64,000 bases of DNA, taken from assembly GCF_964204645.1 (NCBI RefSeq), contig NC_134030.1:8661122-8725121 (forward strand), given 5' to 3'. Of this stretch, positions 54,994 to 64,000 are shown in pieces (the stretch's first letter is position 1; every line of letters starts with the position of its first letter). This DNA comes from Tubulanus polymorphus (taxonomy: Eukaryota; Animalia; Nemertea). The notes under the pieces were generated by a model that was not told the origin of the DNA, ran no database searches, and was given only the letters and a program-made list of their open reading frames with translations. The translations under genes and the position numbers were made by a program.

Positions 54994-57900
54994 TACCGCT
55001 AAAATATCTTAATTTTTCACAAAACCATCATTACGGAAGTAGAATTGTTACTCCACCTCTTCATACCCGAAGCCTTGCCGAAACCGAATGGTTATAATAA
55101 AACACGGATCTGGACTTACAATCGGTACAACGGATTGACACTAAGAGTCAACGAGCCTAGGGTTCCCTGTCCCAGATTCCGCTTCCAAAGTTCTCGGTTC
55201 AGCGTGTGACTTTTAGATTATTTTTTCACTCTTAAATTGAATTAAACTTTAAAGCGGAAACTGGATCTAATAAAAACGCCTAACTGATGGGACAGACTTG
55301 GGAAAGACCAGTACTTCAGATCATCTGGATATTCGCAATATTTTCCTCTCCTCATGGACCAAACATGATCTTTGCTAGAAATTGAGTATAAAATCCATCA
55401 CGACAAACCCTTTTTACTGCTATTTTATATTTATTGTCCACTACAGACAGCCTGACAAGACGGTGACAAACGTATTTTGTGACATTGCAAATTGTGTGAC
55501 AACAGAATGATACTGATATCTCTAACTTAACTCGAATTACAAAGACCAAGTCTTGACCAGACAGTAGGCCTAAATCCAATCTCAATTCCAATTGCATGCT
55601 CGCTAGTGTAGTTATTCATAAATTCCAGCGCTTTAAACCTCATCACTGTATCAGAATCTAGGAGTTTCGCCGTTATTTGGAATCTCATTTCATGACGATT
55701 AGTGCTGGATTCGTTTAATCTCTTTGATTCGTGATTGACGATACTTTCTGAAATTAAATCAATATAGATGTACTAACAATTAAATCTGGATTGACTTTTC
55801 AATTCATGTTTCATCCGTTTTTTAAACTGACCATGATACAACAACAATTCATTCTGTGCACGTTGAGCTCAATTTAATACGTATAACTTCTAATTCTTAA
55901 GAAATCCTGAGTTGTATCTCAGAGAATCTTCATCAGAACACAATCAATGACCTACAATAGACAATCAACAGAATATTTGTAAATAAGTATTCATTTACTG
56001 TTCACAAGTTTTAAAAGACTGAAGTGAAGTTACCTGTCGTATAATATTTTCACCCCAATGAAATTGACTGCTAATGTCCAGTGTCACGTTCAGAATAATA
56101 AATTAATCATCTTAAGTGAACAAACAAATTGCCAGTGTCGTGGCCTCTGCTGCATGGCTGGTTCAGTTCAGTATGTCAGTGACAGTAGAGATTGGTTTAT
56201 CCATCTCAAGTTCATTGTTGTCGATTGACGACGGTTCCTTCAAGCAGGGTAGATTTAGACGGCGATGTAACGGAGACATCCTGAATTGCATATCGATATT
56301 TTCGAAGCCACACGTAGTACAGGTGCCCGCAGAAAAGTTACCAGAACCTGATAGTTTTTGTCGGGTTTCTTTCTTCATTGGTGTAAAAACCGACTTTAAA
56401 GCGGTCCATGGAACGTAAATCGAGACACTTCGAGGCCAAATTCGGTTTTCGTATCTAGTCGACTATAGTGGTCGGAACTAATAACCGAATGCGCTTGATT
56501 TTCGAACTTTTCCGGAATCTAGTTCCGACTTACGGACATTCGGTTGGTTTCGTTTAGTTCGACTATAGTCGACTAACTCAGATAACCGAAGGTGGCCCTG
56601 GGTTCGTGAAAATGATTCACAGGCCGGCCGTGAAAAGCAGTTAATTTTATAGCGGGGCAGTGAAATGGGGGTGTTACTAAAAACCATGCGCTACTAAAAC
56701 GAAGACCTATGCACTTTGGGGTATTAGAACTATGCATGACTAAAAAGAAGTCCGAAGATACTCGAAATCATCACTTGGGGCGCTCTGTACCACCTCTGCC
56801 GGTTTGCTTAAATAAACGAATGACAAATTTCAAAATCAATCATATTTATTCTCATACAACAATTATACAAAATGCCAGGTTTGTGCTCGAGGAATTATAA
56901 TGTAAGCTCCTCAAACACGGACTTTCAAAAACAACTAGTCCAACCACCATAGGCGTATTAACTATAAACGAGAGTTTATATACGCCCATGGCCCAACCAT
57001 AGACTCTAAAACAGAAACGTCTATGGCCTACAACCATGGACTCTTGAACCGTGAGTCCATGGCTCCCCGCACCAAAACCAGAGATAAACCTGGCCAAATA
57101 CTCTGGAAAGCCTAGGATTAAGTAATCAATCTGATTTACATTCTTACATCATTTCATTTTCACATATCATTTATTTCTATTACTATGTATGAAATTGTAC
57201 TAACTTAAAACAAAGTTACATGTAAGGTTTTTAGAAGTCTTTATCTATGATACATTTCCACTACAGCTGATTAATACAATTTGCATCGATAGGAAAATAA
57301 CAAAAATACACAAAGAATTATAAACTTTGATCCATAAAAAAACCGAAAATTGGACTAGTCTAAGATTATGAATTTGACAATTCATGAGGTCAAAATAACC
57401 GACACTTTGTTATATTTCATGAAATATGAATCTATCATGTCAACTTTTCAAATGACATCGATTGAGGACATCTCATTTAGCAAGAAAAAGCTCAACTTTA
57501 TTCAATAGGACCTGTATAAATCAATTTTTTATGAACAATTGACATGAACACGTCATTTTATCTCCACAACAACAATTATACCTAAATGACAGGTATTCAT
57601 GTACTGGAGAAAGTGCCTCAGTCATTTACAAAAACGTAACCTGTATTTCAAAAAAGTCTCCAACATAAAAACATTATAACCGGAGATAAAACCACAAATT
57701 CAATCTGGAAAGCTAAAGATTAGATTAAATAAACAGTCTTTGATTTAATTTTCATTAACATTATTTTACAAGATAGCTAGTTTTGCCACCTTTGCCTTGT
57801 CTTTAAGAGGTTTGAAGACATTATCAAATTGGTTATTTTCTCAAATGTTACATTTAATGCAAAGTATTTTGGAGGTATTCTCTTCTATGCATTCAGCAAG

Positions 57901-60900
57901 AGTATATAAATCGAGTGTATAAATATTGTTCAACTGCCGATTTGAATAGAGCTAGGGCAATTACTAATAGCTAATGGCTTTGCTACAATGGAGTTAAGAT
58001 TCAATAACTATCTTTTTGAGGTGCTTCTTGTGCAGACATTCAGAACCCATATAGACATTGTTAAACCATGGTTTTAGAGTCCATAGCTAGCATTATCTAC
58101 TGATTAATACTGTTCATATATCCTCATTTATCAAGAAACTGCTCCTCTATTTTGATACTCAATTTTCCATAAGGGCCTTAATGAAAATAGTATTTTATGA
58201 GCACCACAGTATGAATGACGAAACATGTATATCATTTTATTCTTACACAACAATTATACCCCACTAAATGAGTTATTTATAAAACAGTTCAACATAAAAC
58301 CTACAAATTCACTCACTCGTGAAAGCGTAAGGTAAACTAATTAATCTTAGTTATTACAAGAAAACTAAAAACATTGCCAACAATCTCGATGCAAGGGATG
58401 ATTGTGTCTCAATCTGGACTTCTCATGTAGGGCAAGTTGATTTTTGAGGGGGCAAGTGATATTACATATGCTCGGTCAAGTGGCTGGCATTTATTTCTTA
58501 AATCAAACCCTGCAAAATATTATAAAGGTTTTTTCTTCGTGATAATTTAAGATAAATCGAGTATCTTCATATAAATATGGCTTGACTGACGAAGCTACGG
58601 CAACTTCTTAATTTTTATTATTCAACTTGATAGTAGATATCAATACAACTCTATATAAAGATCAGAAATTCTTCTGATATTACAGGCTCCACACAGATGT
58701 GGTTAAACTGATAATCAAAACAAAGCTAGGACAATTGACCAATTAGCACTATATCCTTGAGTTAGCCTATCAAGAAACTGCTCCTTCTATTCTATGCTCC
58801 TGCTAATCAAATCAGTACTTTATGAACCACTGAAAAGTACCAAGAAATTAACAACTAAAAAGTTTCAACATGAATGATGAAAATGTACATCGTTTTATTA
58901 ACACAACAATAATATCTCAAACGAGAAATCATCATGCAAGTTCCTAATTTCCAAACATGCGTTATGTGTTACAATAACAGTCTCCAACATAGAGCATTAA
59001 AACTGGAGATGGAACATACAGATTCACTCTTGAAATCTAAGTATCAACTAATCATAACTTTCACTAGAAAACTAGAATTTTGCCTACTTTGCCCAGATGT
59101 CCAAGCACCTTGGCATTAAATACTAAGTATTCTGATGTTTTTTTCTGGCAGCTTCGAAAACATCAACATAATCAAACAATCGGTAACTAATCAATAACAT
59201 CAATAACTTAAGTTTATAACTGTTTTACATTCTTTCTAAAAAGTAAAATGTATGTACCAGATTTTAGATAGTAAGTCTACCCCCGTATAACAATCAACGG
59301 TCACAGCAGTGATTGAGCGCGGCTAGTTCATTGGACGGTCGATCTTTCATCACAGTTATTCAAAGCATTCTATCATATCAGTTATTTTCTTAAAGTGTGT
59401 TCGATTTAGTTAAGGTTTATGGTTATTTGTTTTGTTCATTACAATAACTGAGTCCGATAGAATGCTTAAAACAACAACAGAAAAGATCTCGGGTTCTCGC
59501 TATACTTAGGGAAGGTTGTTCGATAAGTGAATAACCTTGTTGATAAATGTTTGAAAAATGCCTTTTCATGTAAATAGAGTATTAATTTGTTGTTTGTTTC
59601 TATTGTTGTTAGTATTTTTATCTATTTTTTGATATTATCTATTTATGTATGTACTTGTATTTTATATTATTTACTACTTATTATTTATTGGGTTTTTTAA
59701 ATTTATTTTTTCATTAATTTATGTACTTGTAGTTTATATTATGTATTATTTATACTCCTCTATTTACAACTGCAGGCATTTTTTCACTGTAAAGTTTCTG
59801 GGCCCATTTTAGAAAAGCACTACCGATTCACTGCCACTCCTTAATAATCATTATACACCCAATTTGAAGCTAAGTGATTATTCACGAGAGCCATCTCGTG
59901 ATATGGATTTACCAATTACAATAAAAGAAGTTCAAACAGCTATAAACAATGTTAAAACGTTCAAAATTAGTCCTAGCTATCACTTAATGCCTTGTTATTC
60001 CTAGCTTTACCTCTCAAATGTAAATAATGGTCTCCTTTCAAATAAAGCTTTTTATTTCAAATACGTAGCTATGATCATCAAACAGATTGATGGAGGCTCA
60101 AAGTTAAAACTCGATGTGAAAATCGACATATACGATTCAATTGTGAAATCAGTTACATGGGCCTTCGAAAATATATATCCATCAAATTAATACATCTACA
60201 ATTCAGCAAATACTTAATATTTGTACATCAACACTGGCCTAATGTTATGTTCTATATTTCCTAACTATGTGATACCTACACGGAAAAGTAGCCATAGTTG
60301 ACTATGTTTAACTATGGCAAAGTTTAAAGATTAAACTCACAATATCATGTTGAAACTATATCTCAGTTTAGGAGTTAACTCAACAGACCTGCGAGCCCAA
60401 ACAAGGCGCTTGACGCGACCATTTACCCCTATTGACTAACCTAACTTGACTTCTCTATCAACCAAGGATCGAATACCAATATTGTGAATTAATGGAGCTT
60501 AGTTTTTATTAGACTCTCACATTGCATTAAACATTATAAAATAATTTCCTTTACAACACTATATCAGACTGGTTTGAAAAAGGGTGATAAGTAAAAAAAT
60601 CAATACTTTACGACAAAAATCCGCTATTGTCTTTGCCGCTCCTGGATCTCAGTGTTTATAAGATGCGCTATTGTTTATGCTGCTCCTAATAAGATACACT
60701 ATTGTCTTTGCTGCTTTCAAAACAGTGCTTATCCTGAATCAGTGTTTATCAGATAATCCATTAGCTTTGTTGCTCGAATCAGTGTTTATAAGATTCACTA
60801 TAGTCTCTGCTGCTCCTGATAAAATATTTTATAGAAATCAACCACCGTTTGTAGAAGAATCTATCGTTGAGTGATTAATCCGTTGCTGGCTCCTTAACTT

Positions 60901-60974
60901 CTAATCTGGGCTTCTGCAGTTTTCAACAGCAAATGGGTCAATCAGTATTCATCTACTTGTAGATTTTCTGATGA

Positions 60975-62305
60975 GTTGTTGATCTCAAGCTGGGTTTTTT
61001 CTCATAGTTGATATTTAGCTGCAATAATTAAAAGAAGATATCCTGTTATGACAAAATATTTCAATAAGAATTAATCGTAATAATTCCATGTATATCAAGT
61101 TACCTTTTATGATTGCCTGGTTCGTTATCGGTGTGGATCATCTAAAGTTGGTGGGTTAATGAGTTCAATTCTGTTGGCCTCATCTGTGCGCTGTTCAAGT
61201 TGGTCGATTTTGGACGAGTAGCTGATCTCGAGCTGGGTTTCTTCTTATAGTTGAAATTTAGCTGCAATGATTAAAAGAAGATATCCTGTAATGACCAAAT
61301 ATTTCAATAAGAATTAATCGTAATAATTTCATGTATATCAAGTTACCTTTTATGATTGCTGGGATCGTTATCGGTGTGGATCATCTGAAGTTGGTGGGTT
61401 AATGAGTTCGATTCTGTTGGCGTCATCTGTTCGCTGTTCCAGTTGGTCGATTTTGAACGAGTAGCTGATCTCAAGCTGGGTTTCTTCTTATAGTTGAAAT
61501 TTAGCTGCAATGATTAAAAGAAGATATCCTGTAATGACCAAATATTTCAATAAGAATTAATCGTAATAATTTCATGTATATCAAGTTACCTTTTATGATT
61601 GCTTGGTTCGTTATCGGTGTGGATCATCTAAAGTTTGTGCGTTAATGAGTTCGATTCTGTTGGCCCCATCTGCGCGCTGTTCAAGTTGGTCGATTTTAGA
61701 CGAGTAGCTGATCTCAAGCTGGGTTTCTTCTTATAGTTGAAATTTAGCTGCAATGATTAAAAGAAGATATCCTGTAATGACCAAATATTTCAATAAGAAT
61801 TAATCGTAATAATTTCATGTATATCAAGTTACCTTTTATGATTGCTGGGTTCGTTATCGGTGTGGATCATCTTAAGTTGGTGGGTTAATGAGTTCCATTC
61901 TGTTGGCCTCATCTGTGCGCTGTTCAAATTGGTCGATTTTGCACGAGTAGTTGATCTCAAGCTGGGTTTTTTAACATAGTTGAAATTTAGCTGCAATGAT
62001 TAAAAGAAGATATCCTGTAATGACAAAATATTTCAATACGAATTAATCGTTATAATTGCATGTATATCAAGTTACCTTTTATGATTGCTGGTTTCGTTAT
62101 CGGCGATTATCTTATTAGTTGGTTGGTAAATGAGTTCAATTCTGTTCGCTGTGCGCTGTTCAAGTTGGTCGATTTGGACGAGTAGTTGATCTCAAGTTTG
62201 GTTCTTCTTGATAGCGGAAATTTAGCTGCAATGAAAGATATCCTGTAATGACAAAATATTTCATTTAGAATTTATCATAATAATTTCCATAAAAATATAC
62301 TTACA
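60975..62305 (-). repeat. 243-bp tandem array (~5.5 units); each unit has a - strand splice donor and acceptor
   Basis: AAAAG|GTAACT junctions at 61104, 61347, 61590, 61833 and 62076. ATTGCAG| acceptors at 61018, 61261, 61504, 61747, 61990 and 62225. Confidence 0.9.
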
Positions 62306-63617
62306 TTTCAAGATTGCTGGGTTCAGTATTGGTGACGATCTTCTGAGTTGGTTTGATTCTTCTGCGGGCGATTGGTAGATTTCGTTTGATTGATTTGAGT
62401 TGGTGTCCCTTACAAACCCACCACACCTGCCTGGAGCGAAACAGGCGGTTTTTTTTCAAAATCGGAAATCGAAGTACAGATATAGTTGTGTGATCGGCGG
62501 TCGAGTTTACATAATTTTCTTTCTTTAAATCAAAGCACGTAATTGCGAAATTCGGTTCAGGTTCATTCAAACAATCTTCCATCCAGTCAGAAAGCGACTG
62601 ATTGGGGTTAACTTTTTTTTCTGCCTATTTTAATACATCGAGATTCTGGATATCTATTGGATTATTACGAGATTTTGGATTTGCTTTAGTTTATTAGTCA
62701 CGGACAGTTCATGCACCCCGAGATAACTAATTCACACCATGCACGAGGAAAGCGGTCTATTTGAGTCATTGGGGAAAACCCACTAATACCATGCATTCAC
62801 GATTAATCACCATTCATGCTGTTATCACAATCCCGTCAATAGACAGATTTTCAAAAAACTCCTTGATTCAACTGAGGGGAGACAGGCTTTTTTAATTACT
62901 TGGAGCACCGATCCTCTGAAATTCTGCCAAAAACCTCATGCTAATTACCACTCATAATTTGGAAAAAACAAATGGTTTTCTTTAATTTTGATACTGAATT
63001 AAACGCCGTACATCATCATGTAAATTTAGGAAAGTTCATATTAGAATTCTACTCTTATCCCATTTTTGATTTTGGTCAAAGAATACGGCGGTATCAAATC
63101 ATGCGTACAGGGTCAGTCTGTCCATGAGGATGTGATTAGTCAGACAAGTCATGATTAGGCATTGATGCAATTCACTAAGTGAAAAAGTGCCCTTGCCACT
63201 TTTTCCGCATTAAGTGTTAAATTCTACTTAAGCCTACAAAAATCACGTCATCATTGATGCCGGTCCTCTGATAGAAGAAAAATAAACTCATAAGAAAAAC
63301 CATTCAGTAAATGATAATAATAATATTGAGTTTATTTATAAAAATGCAATAAAAGTGGTAATTTTTAATTTGCCTCGCACAAATTCATACGCTCGCTGCT
63401 GTAATGTGGTCACAATTCTCTGGTGAAATTAATCCCTTTAGTTCCTAATCTATCTTTGTTTCTTGGTGAAATAATGTACGTTCGATATTGACCCTCGCCA
63501 TCAATAACTCTCGCCTTTCTTTCCCGCCACCTGAAATAAAAAAAGAAAGTATTTTTCAGCGGTTAATTATTGATGTCGAAAAGTCTGTAAAACATTCTTT
63601 GAATTTAGAAAATTATA

Positions 63618-63768
63618 CAACGGAACCTCGTTGCAACGAACTTCAGGGCACCAGAAAATCTGTTAGTTATAACTCGTTATCAAGTATGGAAATAATTGAT
63701 ATTGTCTTATCTGGAATGGAATTCTAGTTTTGTATTAACTGATAAATTGTTAAAACGAGGCTCCGCTG
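63618..63768. mobile_element. Tc1/mariner-type MITE
   Basis: CAACGGAACCTCGTT / AACGAGGCTCCGCTG termini with TA flanks; related to 48718-49078. Confidence 0.6.
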
Positions 63769-64000
63769 TAAACAAGAGTTCTACAGATGGTGAATTATCT
63801 CAGAATTCATTGTCTCAATTCAGGTTGAAATTCCAAATAAATCCATGACTGAAATATCTAAACATACGTGAAATAAACAATCACCAAATTTTAATTGTGG
63901 GTTTTTATCTTATCATCTGTTCACCACGTTTGAGTGTGGTTATCGTACCATTATGTTACCCACGGATTTTAATTTGGCTTTGAAATTCTTATTTATAACC

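Noticed and set aside
56116-56687. Short ORFs near GTCGACTATAGT repeats as a gene or transposon accessory protein
   Set aside because: No recognisable motif or splice chain. It is probably a decayed repeat, since a similar motif occurs at ~4210-4265.

Overview
AT-rich animal (invertebrate-type) genomic DNA with short GT-AG introns; all exon boundaries were called by eye. From left to right: (1) the 3' part of a + strand micro-exon gene that the ORF track misses, with 16 consecutive symmetric phase-1 exons of 18-72 nt plus a stop-containing exon (181-3138); (2) a 7-exon CDK4/6-like kinase on the - strand; (3) head-to-head with it across a double ETS site, a 16-exon alkylglycerone-phosphate synthase (AGPS) that ends in PTS1 (-SKL) and has no PTS2 leader; (4) inside the 35.2-kb AGPS intron 14, on the same strand, an uninterrupted ~23.5-kb ORF (~7,800 aa) built from 14 near-identical 864-bp units and about 38 copies of a ~60-aa module I do not recognise; (5) an ERI1 exoribonuclease with an intronless CDS on the - strand; (6) a repeat-rich end containing a 243-bp tandem array whose units carry splice signals. 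Small mobile elements include a foldback carrying a degenerate Penelope-type minimal hammerhead, a truncated LINE with a 17-bp flanking duplication, an IS3EU-like non-autonomous element with a 6-bp TSD, and several MITEs.
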